A stretch of 64,000 bases of DNA from Dudresnaya verticillata (taxonomy: Eukaryota). The stretch covers positions 1,984,001 through 2,048,000 of the forward strand of contig OZ374560.1 of the NCBI GenBank assembly GCA_977862235.1. The letters are read 5' to 3'. A program made the position numbers and the translations under genes. Each line of letters begins with the position of its first letter. Position 1 is the first letter of the stretch. Under the pieces are notes generated by a model, which saw only the letters and a program-made list of their open reading frames with translations, was not told the origin of the DNA and made no database searches. Shown one piece after another: positions 46,932 through 60,066 of this stretch.

Positions 46932-48930
46932 TCCCACTTGGCTTCAGTGACTCTCTAGGAGAAAATGACTTCGCCTGAACCCACTTTTAGTCGAGTCCCT
47001 CAGCAGCCTCCATACTGGTTTGGAGTATGTTGGTGCTGGTCCACGTTAAAATGGTGTTTCGTAATATGCCCTGGGGACGTTTGCACATCCCTGATTTGTC
47101 GCTTTCATGTGCACAAACTGGAAGTCTTTGATAGCCATACGCAAAGCACAAGATAAATCCTGAGCTTAATACTGTCCTCGGAGATGGACTGGGATTCTTT
47201 ATCAATCAAAAACATTGTACAGTGTGACAACATTATGATATGTGCTTCAAGCAGCAAGATCATTATCAGCCTCTTCATAATAGACAGTACTGGTGAAGAT
47301 ATGCATGCGTCTCGACAGGCATTACTTAATGCATGGCGTGCCTGACAGATGCTCCCTCAAAGAGAATTAATTGTGACGAGTTATATCTCCTCGGCCAAGC
47401 AGCCTACACTGAGTTAACAGCGACTGCTGCACACTAGATACGAGCTCCTGAGAATTTCTGTTCCACCTGATCTAATGAGAGCTGGTCTTAAAAGAGTGAT
47501 CGCCTTGTGTGGGCTGTTTCCCATATACGAATGTCGATGTCGGCTCGAGATCCTAATATCAGAACCAAGCCACTCAAGTCCTGCCAGCGACGAGGTGTTC
47601 AAGTTGAACAGATGAAGGAGAAACCCAGTGCGACCTTTCTCTGATGCTGCGAAGGACAGTACCCTTCCATCCATCAGTTCACTGCCTGTTGGCTTCTGTT
47701 GAAGGCCGTAGAATTCACATGTCGGCGAACCCTTGTTACATATTTGGAAAGGTGTTCCCACCACAATACGTTGCGTATATTTGTCTTGTGCGCCCTGCGC
47801 CCAGGAGTTCGTTAGCTCAGAACGGTTGCGAGACTATGTTTGTTGAGCTGTATCTTCAAAGCATCGCCAAGGACAAGCATGTCGGGTTTCTGGTATTTCT
47901 ACGGCCTGGGATGTGAGACAGAAATGAGGATGCCGTGGGAGGCGAACTAATAGCTGGCTGTGAGATGAATTTCAGTTGGAAGCATGTGGGTCACCTGAAA
48001 CAGAAATAACCCGAAGGAGTAACAACAGGAGACCAAGCAAAAATAGTGAGAATAGCGCCAAATAGAGCCATTTTGAGTAACATTTGGGGACAAAATCGGC
48101 ATCGCATGCAATAACAATGCCCTTGCAAACGCATGATACTCCTGTCTCACCCCGGAAACGTACTACAATTGCATTAGTCAGAACCCCTCTTCGTTCAACT
48201 GTTGTTCGAACTAAACTTACATACCACCCATGAAAGCTTTCCATGCAATCTCTCACTATCCATACGCTACCCCGCTCCGGCCCTTATCGGGCATTTGCTG
48301 GTTGAACGAGCCAAATCCAGTACATCCAGACTCTTTTCGTCTTTCCAGCTATCTTTCCAGGTATGTAGATCAAAAGAGGACAGCTTTGACATCCACATCC
48401 TCAGAAAGAGAGAGCAGTTCTGGGAGCTAACCGACGATCTCGCTCCTGTGGCGTTTTTGCAGTACGTATGGCAAGCATTTCACTCTCAGATTCACACCTC
48501 CGGCCTTGTAGCTACAGAACATGGAATTGATTCATGTTCGGCTGAATGGTGATGGCGATTTATGCAATGCATGATGGTACCTCATCCCAACTTTCGAGAG
48601 CAATCCCTGCCTGAAAGCATTCAGCAGGCAGAAGACCGAATCGCGCAACAGACACCACGGCATATGCTACCTGGCAACAGTTCATCTTATCAGTACTGCA
48701 AGTCGACTCCACCCAGTTGTAACACTAGGGCCCTGCTGGGGTATCCTAAGCTTTCTCCAGCTGTGAGCTTACGAAAGTTCTATCCCCTATCCAATACAAG
48801 CCTCCACATCCTTCACCTAGATCAAATATGCATTGTACTTAAGCGAGCTCCAAGCTCCCGAAGATCTTTGCTGCCAACAGCCGCCCTACGAACGCATCAG
48901 CACAGGAGCAGACCCATTTCACTGACAAAA

Positions 48931-49884
48931 ATGAACTACTACCTCTCGTTGGTGCTTCTGCTGGCCACCTTCGGCAGTCTTGTGACTGCTCAACTACCGC
49001 GCTGTGGAGACTTCTGCACCTTTCATACATGCAAGGCAAACGGTCTTGATACGGTGAACGATGTCGGGCCCCGCATTCTTCTTCGCGATGCGAACATTGC
49101 AACGCAGCCCTTTGTATGTCGCAAGATTGTGACTGATCCTCGCACCTTCCTCAACCAAACCATTAAAGTTCGCAAGACAGGGCAAGCAGAAGTCCATCGT
49201 GCCGATCTACGAAACCAGAGTCCTCGTCCGTTTGTGAGGATCTCCAAGTTCCGTCCTTCAGGTCTCTCCCGGCGCTTCCCGAAGAGCTACTTCACTCTTC
49301 GAGAGATCAATCGCTTCCCTCCCATTCCAGGTGAGGTCGGACTGTCACGTCAAGGTAGTGTTGGGAATCAAGAGGACTTCCTGGATGACCTCTGCTTGCT
49401 TGTCCCTATCAAGAGTTATGACCTACTGAAAGACGATGGAAGCCTTGACCGCCGAGTCCGACGCACGAATCAGAGAGAGGATTGCGTGTCTTTCCGCACA
49501 GTTGTTCCTTCAATTCTCATTGAGCTTACCTGGGATAGCTCTGATGACCTTGATTTAAGCGTTAAGGAGCCAAATGGGAACACAATTTCGCTGACGAATA
49601 CAAATTCTGCGACGGGTGGGCGGTTGATCAGAGATCAAAATGTTGGAGTGTGTGGAGTAGACCCCAATGGACGTGAGCAAGTTAGGTGGCTTGCGGGAAC
49701 TGGCAGCCCTGACGTTGGGAAATACAGAATTACTGTGAAGCACTTTAAGAACTGTGGAGATGGTCCGACCAAGTGGAGCTTGGCTGTAATCATTCGCGGA
49801 AAGAATGTGCTGTTTGTGGACGGTGTTTCTGATCGCGATGGCAATGCTAGGATTACGAAAAAGAGGTTTACGTTCTCTGCGTAG
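48931..49884 (+). CDS. Secreted protein, Cys-rich N-domain plus YfaP/DUF2135-like C-domain (paralog 3, 317 aa)
   Basis: Start placed at ATG 48931 (MNYYLSLVLLLATFGSLVTA) by alignment with paralog 2; CGDFCTFHTC, LTWDSSDDLDLSVKEPNG, GGRLIRD. Confidence 0.9.
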   Translation: MNYYLSLVLLLATFGSLVTAQLPRCGDFCTFHTCKANGLDTVNDVGPRILLRDANIATQPFVCRKIVTDPRTFLNQTIKVRKTGQAEVHRADLRNQSPRPFVRISKFRPSGLSRRFPKSYFTLREINRFPPIPGEVGLSRQGSVGNQEDFLDDLCLLVPIKSYDLLKDDGSLDRRVRRTNQREDCVSFRTVVPSILIELTWDSSDDLDLSVKEPNGNTISLTNTNSATGGRLIRDQNVGVCGVDPNGREQVRWLAGTGSPDVGKYRITVKHFKNCGDGPTKWSLAVIIRGKNVLFVDGVSDRDGNARITKKRFTFSA

Positions 49885-50580
49885 CTTTTGTGAATGTAAT
49901 GCAATCCAGCTGTATCCGATGGTTACGGACATCTATGGAGAAATCGGTCGGTCCTAGTTTCTACCGAGGAGTGCAGTAATTCCCCACCGTTCTGGCAGTG
50001 TCGAAGGGGTTTCTCCGACAGCCGAACAGATGACTCTCCTCATACAAATGACCTACATGCCAGAGCTCAAATTTAGTGTCAAGGTTCGTAAGCCAGCTCT
50101 TGCAAGCCAGGCCTTAGTAGTTAATTGCAAATGCATTCATTTACAGATGCGGCAGATGTGATGGTAAACTTTTAATGGGTATTTTAGGTGGTTCCCCTCC
50201 GGCGACTTAAAGGCCCATTTGCAAGCAAACCGATGTGGGAGCATCTGCAAACTGCGATTAACTGCCATGGTCCTGCAGACTGCCCGCAGGCTTATGTAGG
50301 GCTCCGCGTTGAGCCCGAAGCAGTGCAAGGAAGAAACAAAACGAAGGATAACCGCACATTGACGTTGGCAACTGGTCGGCATGGAAATGTGTTGCCAATA
50401 GGGTCTCCGGCCTTGGAGCGCCTGCGGGGCGTGGGGGAGAGAGTTTGAAAAACAGATAATCTTCCGAAAACTCTTGGTGCTCGTCGCAATGAGGTGCCAA
50501 CCGCTGCTTCGATGGAGAGGCCGACTTGTGTTGCGTATGCAGTCGAGAGATCAACAAAGAAAACAAAAAGAAAAAATGCC

Positions 50581-50653
50581 CACCTCCCGCGGGGCTCGAA
50601 CCCGCGACCAACAGATTAAGAGTCTGTCGCTCTACCGACTGAGCTAGGGAGGC
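50581..50653 (-). tRNA. tRNA-Lys (anticodon CTT)
   Basis: GCCTCCC TAGCTCAGTCGGTAGAGC G ACAGA CTCTTAA TCTGT TGGTC GCGGG TTCGAGC CCCGC GGGAGGT G; cloverleaf, no encoded CCA, oligo-T Pol III terminator just downstream. Confidence 0.97.
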
Positions 50654-52953
50654 TTTTCACCGCCTCTGCTGAGCGATCAAGCAGTGAGGTGCACGGCAAT
50701 TTAAAATCATAGGATCAAATTAGCAACATTCCCTTCAATTAACGGATACCGCAAATCGTCGAGTGCTGGACAAGTCAAGTCCCGTCTCATGGAAAGGATC
50801 AGCTACTCCATTTGGTCCAGCACCGCCCAGGCCATATTCTCGCGAATGCCACTGAACGCCATTGGAGCTCAACCCGACGGCAATTGCTAATTCCACAGTG
50901 TTTAAGTAGCATCGTAATCCCTTACCGACGGAAATAAAAGGTACCCCCATTAACGGATATCGCATGGAAGGCACCCATAAACCATGCTACCAGGAAGGCC
51001 CTTGCGATAGCCCTCTTCGAGCAAGCGAAGTGCGTGAATCACTTACTCCAAACGACGCCAGCAGTGAGAAATGAACCCCAGACCGTCGACGCTCGATCGA
51101 TACGCTGTTTACCGGACGCGCCCCAAGCCGCAAGACCCCAACCTGCACACAGCACCTGCCGGTTGCGCCCGCTTTCTGCGGCAAATTAGGCTCACCCAGC
51201 ACGCCACCCACAAATGCCGACACGCCAAACATCACCCCACACACACATCACCACTCACCTGCTCTACCCTCACCCCCGAATACCCAAACCAAGCTCACCG
51301 AATCACCCGCCGGTATGGCCGCCGTCGTCCACCATCCCAGGATACCGCCAAACAAGGGCTCGCACACCAAGCCGCTCAACGACATCCCAGCCGCCGGTTG
51401 TGGCTGGGATGTCGTTGAACCGACGGCTTGGCCGCCCCCAGCCTCCACAGGACGATGCCAAGAAGGACCCCACCCACTAAACCACCCAATAACATGCGCC
51501 CTCTCACGCGCTCACAGGCCAATCGCGGTGTACCAGGTCGCAGTACACCCCGCAACCAGTCCCGGCACACCCAACCATTCGTCACACTGGTGTCCAGGTC
51601 CCTTGCGACCCCCGCGCCCAGTACTCTGCACAATGAAATAAGATAAAGCTCTATTGTTGAATCGTTTATTTTCTGGCTGTAACGGGGCTCTATTGTTAGC
51701 CGCATCATTCTATAAACCAATGACTAAAGCTAAAGAAAGCGCCACTAAATCGGCAAAAGAAAAGGATAGAACTTGATGAGATGGCAGTTCAAGATGCGTA
51801 GGGCGGGCGGTGGGAGAAAACAAGAACTTGCCAACGTTGCCGTTTCCACAGCACAGACTGGGGCTTATGAACCGAGAAGTGAGCGACCTCTCGGCTTTGG
51901 TTCCCCGAATAATATACGCCATTATTGGGGATGTCGAGGAGAGCCCTGTGTTGAGTGAAATCTTCCCAAATTGTCATTAAGCATTTGGCTAGAGGGCAGG
52001 GCTACAGCTTGGTGTTTGATGCCTACAGTTGACCCTAATGGAGTAGGCCTATCACCTACTGTACACATGGACGCTCAGCAAGCTCGCTACCTCCCTTAAT
52101 AGCTTTTCAACCATGTAAAGAAGCTGCAATTGACATCTGCTCAAATTAGTTTTGTTGCACTACTGCCGAGACTCCCCCAGTGCCAATGACCAACACTAAA
52201 AGTGAGTCCACCTACCTGTCCTTGCCATCGGGAGAATCTCCGGTCTGCCAAGGAAACTGTGCCACAGAAATCAACATCGCTCGCCAAGCAGCACCACGTA
52301 ACTCGTCACCAAGTCCTTTCTCTCCGCCACTCACCGCCAACATTATCGGGCACAGAACCCCCTCTCACTGTAAATAAGTATCTTCTGGGTCTCTTGCAGA
52401 CTCAGTGAGTGCACGCAATTGATATCCACACAAACGGTACCTGATAGTGGTGGTAGAGCGGAAGAAACCGCGAGTGTGGACAAATGGATGCAACCTAAAT
52501 AGAATCACGATAATGACGGTATTTCACTGGGAGGGCGGTTACCACTGCACGGGTTACGGATATACGGCGATACCCTTGGCCTTGAGATGTAGTTAGGGCC
52601 TAGCGGTGCTTAGATTTACTGTAAAGTCACATTTTCGGGACATTCTCTTATGTGATACTCCAGGGTTGGGTCAAACCCATCACACTAGGCTATAAATGCA
52701 CCCCTTATCCTAGGCTATAATTTATAAAATGAATAAGCGGATACTAAGATATGTACCACAAGTTACTGGTGTACAGGATAATACTTGGACCAATCATAAG
52801 CTGCGGTTTTCCTTGTAGGAGACACGTATTTAACCGGCACACAAGCTACTTCAACATGACTTGACGATCAGCTAAGAGTTTTTTCAACATGATTCCGCAC
52901 CATCCGCAGCCAACTTCCTGTCTCCCAGCTCTCTTTAGCCTAGTTTCCCATCC

Positions 52954-55462
52954 TTGCGCATCTTTTTGGTCTCCCCTTGTGTCTACCACGGCGGTTACTA
53001 CGCTGCTATGGCGGAAACATCCCTGCTGGGTCACTACAGCGGCCTGGCCGTCTCCAACCAAGAGTTACTGGAGACATTTCCGCTCCAGGTCTACCTTCTA
53101 GACACCAATGCGGATACGTATCGCTTCCACGCGGTGCCCGAGGATAATCGAGAGACTCAGTGGCTTGCGCGCTTGCGTCAATGCCCACCGAGAGTCCTTA
53201 TCCCTCGCCACTTTGGGTGCGACCTGAGATGGTATCGAGTGGGCTTTGAAGAAGATTACGTCCCAAGTATTCATGCTTACCTCAAGGGTGGTGCACTGAC
53301 TAATGAAATCCAAATTCTGCCGGAGTGACTCAAGAAGTCCTTTCCAATTCGTGGTGGCTGACCAAGAGGTGGACAACGGCTATCTGGACCGAGAAGCGTA
53401 TTCGCAACCGCACTGAAGGTCTCCTCACAGGGTTTCACAACGTTGAGATTGGCAGCATCCCGATAGGCATACGGCGTGACCTCTACCCGAAGAAACCCTC
53501 GTGGTAGCACAGTATCGATAGTCCTCGGTCCCTTCCTTCTCTAACACCAAGAGTCCTGGCCTATTATGGTTCCTACGCGCGTGATCCTTCGTCAAAGTGG
53601 TACTACCCCGTGTGGTCTATCGCAAAAACGGAGCAGGTTCTCCACGTTGCATTGGCCTTTCTCCAGGCAGCCCATTTTGGAATTCGGGAGACGACGCCCT
53701 ATACAGATGATGGATACCATGGTCAGGAAGGTCTCCCTGAGGGTCATTTGTTCCGCCTCTCGAAGACAATCATCAAAAGCATCCGGGCCCCGAGGGTTGA
53801 CCTTGTCTGCGAGGAGAGTAGCTTTCATGGTGAGGACTTATCGGAGCTCCTCGCTGCTACGAAGACCTTCAAATGGGGTGCCGGAGAGGTGTGGGTGGCT
53901 TATAACCCTGAAGAATTCGAGGTCGTGGACCGTTATGGTAGGCGCCACGTCTTGGATACCCGTTCTGGTCGCCCGCGATACTCCTTTGAGCAACCATACG
54001 ATATTCATCGTGAGTCGGGTGAGCTGGCGCCAAACTCCGCGAGGGACCAAATTGTTGAAGTTGCGGAAGGGGCACCGGCCTATGGGGGTTTTCCCGATCT
54101 GGTGCGTAGATGTGGAGGCGATGGTGGCGCGAATTGCGTACGTTCCGCGCATCGTGGCGGGGGGCGCGTCAAGACACTTCTACCCCGAGTGCGGTACCAG
54201 ACATGGTTACGAGAATTTGTGTTGTTCGTCCATCGAAACCTGCGCGGGTAACCCCTGAGGTTAGGCCTGGGATGCCGACCCCTGTGCTTCCTTCTGCTAG
54301 TGCGACCCCGGTAGTGATGACTTCTCGAGCTACCACCGTGGGTCAACCAAGTGGTCCGTCAGGTTCCAAGATGATTCCTTACGGTATTTCACTACCCACT
54401 GTGGTCCAGCTCAAGGTCGAGCGCATTCGGGAGGCCTGTCGCGCTGCCAAGATACCGGTTCCGGATACCCTTGAGGATGCCCTTGATGCGGCCCGCGAAT
54501 GGGTTTCCAAGGAGGCGCTTCTCAACTGGCTACTGCTTGAGGTGACTGAGATGGGCAACTTTCAAGTGAAACAGTTGAATGATCATATGGCAATGGTTGA
54601 TCGTCTGACTTCCGAGACGGTGACCCTCAAGGCTTCTCTTACCAGTGTGGCAGCATCAATGCCGCGGGACTCCTCGAATTTCGCCTCTTCCTGTGCCAAC
54701 TTCACCCGCGATGTACTGCGTCAGAGCGACCTGAAGCGGATTGCCCCTGGTGGTGGTGCTCCTGAAGCTTCAACCCAAGTGAATAATTACCAGCGGAGTG
54801 ACCCTCTGGCTCTGGAACCGCAGGGCATAGCTCAAGAAGTTCAACTGCGACCAGTTACTGCTAAGGGCGTTACCGCCGTGGCTGAGACGAGCACCCCAAT
54901 GAGACCAGGACTGGTCCCTCTACCCACCCACCAGGTGCCCCAGCCAGTAGTGACCGCGGTACCAAACAATGTGATTTCTCCTATCGAGATGGCCGGTCGG
55001 GCAGCCCTTCGTGAGGTGACTCCTAGAGTAGCTACTTTAGTGGGCGACCTGAAGCCGGTTACACCTGGTGGCGGCGCTCCTGAAGCTTCAACCCAAGTGA
55101 CCAATTACCAACCAAGCGACCCGCTGGCTCTGGAACCACGGTGGATAGCTCAAGAATTTCAACCGCGACCCGTTACTGCTAAGGAAGCCGTAGCTGGGGC
55201 GAAAACCCCAGTGAGACCAAGGCTGATCCCTCTACCTACCTACCAGGTGCCCCACCCAATGGTGACCGGGGTACCTGGCAATGTGGCTTCTGCTATGGAG
55301 ATGGCCGATCGGGCCGCTCTTCGTGAGGCGACTCCTAGAGTGGCTACTACAGTGTCGGTTGAACCGAGAGACGAACTTCGTACCTTTCTACCCCGTCGCC
55401 TCGCCTCATCTCGCTCGGGCGACGGCGAGGGATTGGAGGAGAAGCGTCCACGATATCAATAG
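52954..55462 (+). pseudogene. Antisense accessory ORF of element 3 (broken into 52954-53328, 53325-54251 and 54110-55462)
   Basis: Consecutive plus-strand frames; 53547-53880 resembles the ORF2 domain; ends EEKRPRYQ; TATAAA near 52691. Confidence 0.65.
54726..55347 (+). repeat. In-frame tandem duplication, 318-bp period (106 aa)
   Basis: DLK..PGGGAPEASTQV.NYQ.SDPLALEP...RAALRE.TPRVAT occurs twice, starting at 54726 and 55044. Confidence 0.92.
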
Positions 55463-55799
55463 GAACGCTTGGGGTAACCTGAAGAGTGTCAAGTAAACAT
55501 CTTGTGACTTATCTTGTGTCTCCCTGTGTGGTTCTCCTTTGACTTAGCAACTGCGGCAGTACAGTAGTACTGTATATTAACAGCATATAATAAATAGAAA
55601 AACTAAGAGGGACCGTGGTGTTGTCTCGTATGACTCCATGAGATAACGCCATCTCTCGGCCTTACGCAATAGTGGCCTTGAACTGCACGATTGACATTGT
55701 GCATTACAGAGAAAAATCCCGATACAGTGTCTCAAAATGTGGCGGGTCATAACAGTGGTGGAGTCACTGTACCGGGGGAGTCAATGTACAGGAAGGTCA

Positions 55800-56358
55800 G
55801 TCAGGGTCGCTCAGAGGACCTAAACGAAGGATTGAAGTCTATCTGACAAGGTTGTGAAAGCAATAGACCCAGAAACAAGCGTAATATAGGAAAGGAGTAC
55901 AGAAAAATTCCATTCCCGTTGCACTCTCCCTAGCCTGAAGCGCAGAGCGCCAGCGGATGCCTTCATTAAATCGTTTGCAGGCGGCTGCCGAGGCTCTAAG
56001 TAAGGAAGCAATGCTGTTTGCAAACAATGAGCATCCGCTATTCGATGCCATGCGTGATGACCTTGTTGCCATTCTGGGCATTGAGATTGAAAATGATGTG
56101 GGCTTTCGCAGGCGATTCCGTCGTCAGTACACGATTGATTCATTCTTTCAGGGCTCCACAAATGAGTAACATTCATATATTTTAATAAAAATAGACACTT
56201 TGTGCAATGACCCTCCCGAATTACGGGTCATTAAACGGGTAGGATCACTGTTGCGGGTGCGGTCACAGTAGGAAATAAAAGTGGCCGCCGGGGCCACACA
56301 GCGCAATTGTTGCAAGATTTCGAACGCCATGTGTCGTTATAGCGAGGGGGTCACTATA
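55800..56358 (+). mobile_element. 3' fragment of a pogo/Tigger-like DNA transposon
   Basis: ORF 55957-56169 ends RQYTIDSFF (PIP-box-like tail typical of pogo transposases); TIR-like CGTTATAGCGAGGGGGTCACTA then TA at 56335-56358; left TIR not found. Confidence 0.5.
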
Positions 56359-56371
56359 CTGTAGTGGCAGG

Positions 56372-59300
56372 TCACTGTATCGGAAGTTTTCTCTGTAGAG
56401 CGTTCTTGAAGTCCGCGATGCCTACACCTCCCAGTTCCAGGCCGTGGCATCTTGTTAAGCCGGCGCCAGTAGCGTAACACAAAGTTGTGCTGGATATTCG
56501 TGCGCGGTTACCAGATCTCGTCGGTAGGTTATAACTATACCAGCGAACCTCATATTGGTACGCGCGGTCGGTGACATGGTGCTTAACCAAATAGTCGGCT
56601 GAAAAGTATTCCCATTGGGTTGGAGCCGGTGTCGGGAGCGAAGCTGCAGGTGGATCCTGAGTAACATCGGGATCAGCTAACGCTGTTCGAGGACCTCTTT
56701 GTGGGTCAACAGAAATGCGATCTTGCGAGACGGTATTAAAGCAACCGTATTGCTTAACCTTTACTATATGGATATCATGAACGGCGGTAACCAGAAAAGA
56801 TCCGGTCGCTTTGGGCAAAAGTTTCCGTGAAAGCCTTCGCTCCTTAGCGGGTCAGCCAGAAAGGCCTGCCGCTCGGAGGCCTGGCCATTGGTAAACTTGG
56901 GTCGGTCGAATTATATCCAATCACCGACGGTAGCCGTAAAGGGTCGTGATCCGGAATCATCGAAGGCGTTCTTGTACTGCTGTTTAACCGCTGTCAGAGC
57001 AACCTTTGCGGTAGTAGTACCCTGTTGAAGGTTCCAAACAGTGAAGCGTGTCACAGCAGTGGATGTCAGTTGGGAATCCAATTGGTTGGATAGGCCTATT
57101 TTTGGAGAACCCTGTAAAGATTTGACAAAAGGAGGTCGTGAGGGCACCAGGTCTAATGGGGTAGTACCAGTAGAACGGTGAACCTGAAGATTATACGCAT
57201 ATTTGAGAGGATGAACGTATCTGTCCCAGTCTGCTTGATGATCCGCTACGTAATGACGTAACCGCTGTACGATGCTACCATTAAAACGCTCGACCTGGTC
57301 GTTAGACTGTGGGTGGTAAGCCGTGGTAAAAAACTGACGACCCCAGGTTTTACCAGATCGTTGTCAGGAATTCGGCAAGACCTGTGGACTATTATCCGAG
57401 ATAATCTATAAAGGAACCCCGTATGGGTAAACCCAGTGTCCAAGGAGTACGTAGGCGGCCGTGACAGCATTGTTATTCCGAAAGGGTATGGCACGCCTGA
57501 GCTTTGAGAACCAATCGGTAATAACCAAGACAAAACGGTCACCATGTTCGGGTTTCGGGAAAAGACCCGCGAGGTCCATAGCAATGAATTCCAGGGGCCC
57601 TGCAGCCGGTAACAACTTACTGTAGTTCCGATGATTCCGTAAGGTACTGTACCCCGGTTCTGGACAAGCATAGTACAGTCACCAACACCGGTATATGCTT
57701 CATCAGCCATATACGGCCGGTAGAACTGTCGACGAAGGGTGCAGTACATACGCGAACCAACAGGGTGACTAGAAAGGAGAGGATAGTGGCCTGATTATAG
57801 TATGCATGGACGCAGGGACTGTGGCACCACTATCTGGAGCGCTCCATCGAGTATCGCTAGCCGAAATGGTCCCGTTTGAATTGTGGCTCTTTGATACCAA
57901 CTTGGTTAGCCATCTGCTGGCAGTAGTCGCCCCGTGACTGTTCCTGGTCTAATACAGTGAAGGGGCTACAGAAGTTAGCCTTCTGCCCATGTGTATGCGC
58001 CTAAATAGCGTTACCTATGGGTCGCCAGCAGGGACAAACCTGGTAACCTATGATTGGTCCAAGTGTTACGCTGTAGGCCAGTAGCTTAGTATCTGTCCAG
58101 TTTTTGGAAATTATAGCTTAGGATAGGGCCTTGTGTAGAGCCCGGTATGAGTGGTTCTACCTGACCTTCGGAGTACAATATAGGAGTATCTCCCGGAGCG
58201 GTAACTGCACAGTAAAGTTAAACTCCTTTCGGCCCCAAACTACGTCTCCAAGCCATCGGCACCGCCTCACACCTGTCACCCGTTCCCGGTTAACCGCCCG
58301 CCTGGTGACCTAGCTTCAGTATCGCGCTTCCATTTAGGTTACGAGTATTTATCCACCCTTGGGTCCTCCCGCTATACCACGGATACCAGGTACCTCTGTG
58401 GGTATCTCATTGAGTGCACTCTTTGAGTACACAAGAGATCCAAAAAGGTACTTCCTTACACCAAGAGGAGTTCTTCCTTACTAACCTGTCGTGTTAATCC
58501 CTTTTGGTTTGCCAGTTCGCAAACGGTAGGGAGCCTTAGCTGACGAGGTATGGAGTTTTCAACCACCAGATTAAGACATGGAATGTCATTATCCAACGGC
58601 GTTTGGTCACTCGCTGAAGTTGAAAGCCTCGACATGGTGTCAGCTAAGTGGTGTTCCCTTCAGACCGAATGGCATCCGGATAAATCTGTATAACCCTTCG
58701 TGGCAATTGAATGTCGTCTTATCACCGTCATTAGGAACGAATTCCACTTGCCAATAGCCACTAATAGAGTCGAGTGTCGTGGTCACCTTCGCATCTCTCA
58801 ATGATTCGATACGTTCATCCATTCGAGGTATCGGATACGAATCTCTTCGCGTAATGCTATTCATTCGGCGATGTTCAACGCGAAAACGCTGTGACCCATC
58901 TGGTTTTGGCACCAGGACCACGGGGCTGTCCCGCTCTGTCCCAGAGAGTATGAAAAGGCTTTCGCTTAACATTCGACGTACTTCCCCTTTCTCGGCTTCT
59001 CTGGATTTAGGGCCGGCCCAATCAGGGTGCTAATAGATGTGTTTCGCCCCATCTACCAAATCAACTAACCCCCTAAAACCCCATGCTGAATTTCCTCAAT
59101 GGTGCCCACTTGACCTGACCACATCGTGTGATACTGTTGCAGCATGTCTATAATTTGGGATCGGGTCTTGGTGTCTTAGTATCCAAGTGTGGATACCTAT
59201 ATGAAAGGAGTCCTCCCAATTCGGTTCGACCGATGGCTTCTCTGCTTTAGTATGCGAATGGTCCGTTCCTTGGGGAGCACATATACCCAAACCTAATCAG

Positions 59301-59400
59301 GTTAGGGTAGCGTATGTCCCATTACTTGAGTCTTTCTCAGCCGAGCAGGGCGATCACAAAAATTGGCCATTAATACCGGGAAGACCTCCATTAGGAGGAT
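56372..59400 (-). pseudogene. pol: Decayed pol of element 3
   Basis: RT SPVVLVPKPDGSQRF, DSYPIPRMD, RMPFGLK; INT PLEFIAMDLAG, WVYPYGVP; chromodomain-like YEVRWY. Confidence 0.85.
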
Positions 59401-59402
59401 AT

Positions 59403-60025
59403 TGTGGCATAGACGTCAGGTCGAACTGACGTCTAGCTGCGCTGGTCGATCAGTCGCACCCAGACCCGTCGAAGGGTGGTAGCTGTGGTGGTAGAGCGGC
59501 GGTGTCGGCCGCGCGCGCCGTCGACGGTCGCGGATCAACCGCGTCGAAGCCTGAGCGCGCACGGGGCGTACCATACGCGGGCGGCAGCGGTCGGATCCCT
59601 GCGTCCCCGTCGTGGGGCGGCACGAAGCCGACGGTAGGGAAAGGAAAAGGAAAGCCTAGACGGCTAGGGAAAGATGGAAGCCGTAGGGCGAAGGACTGGG
59701 AAAGAAACCCAAAGCAGAAAGGGGCAAGCCTGGCGTAGGCTGGCTTGCCTGGTTTACTGAAGCCCAGAGGGGCGACAACTAGATATACTACAGGGCCTGC
59801 GGCGGCACCAACCCTGGAGGTGCGCCGGCGCACCCCAACACGCGTCGATGCGTACGGGTAACGGTAACCCGGGGCGCGCGTAGGCGAAACGGTCCACACG
59901 TACTCAACGGCTCGACGCCGGAGTGCGCGCGCGCGTGTCACGCACTCAACGGCTCTGCGCCGGAGTGCGTGCGCACAGCGCGCAGGACAGCAGGGCGTTC
60001 GACCGCCGCTTACACTAGACGGTGC
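59403..60025 (-). repeat. Diverged family A-like LTR, interrupted by the Copia insertion
   Basis: Begins TGTGGCATAGACGTC; colinear with 8272 onward (GAGCGCGCACGGGGCGTACC). Confidence 0.82.
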
Positions 60026-60066
60026 TGTTGTCAAACGCAGCACAATAAATCGAAATCAATACAAAG

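Larger units (their letters stand above)
51900..59402 (-). mobile_element. Old Ty3/Gypsy element 3 with antisense ORF; left boundary approximate, 5' part interrupted at 59403
   Basis: Likely 3' LTR edge ...GGGCACA at 52354 next to PPT GAGAGGGGGTTC; decayed pol 56372-59400. Confidence 0.7.

Noticed and set aside
47414..48256. Minus-strand ORFs with a hydrophobic stretch between paralogs 2 and 3
   Set aside because: Fragmented, with no similarity to the paralogs or recognisable motifs
48562..48930. 123-aa N-terminal extension of paralog 3
   Set aside because: Signal peptide and paralog alignment begin at ATG 48931
50654..51900. Ty3-like targeted insertion upstream of tRNA-Lys
   Set aside because: No LTR terminus or TSD identifiable close to the tRNA; the C/A-rich sequence is unassigned
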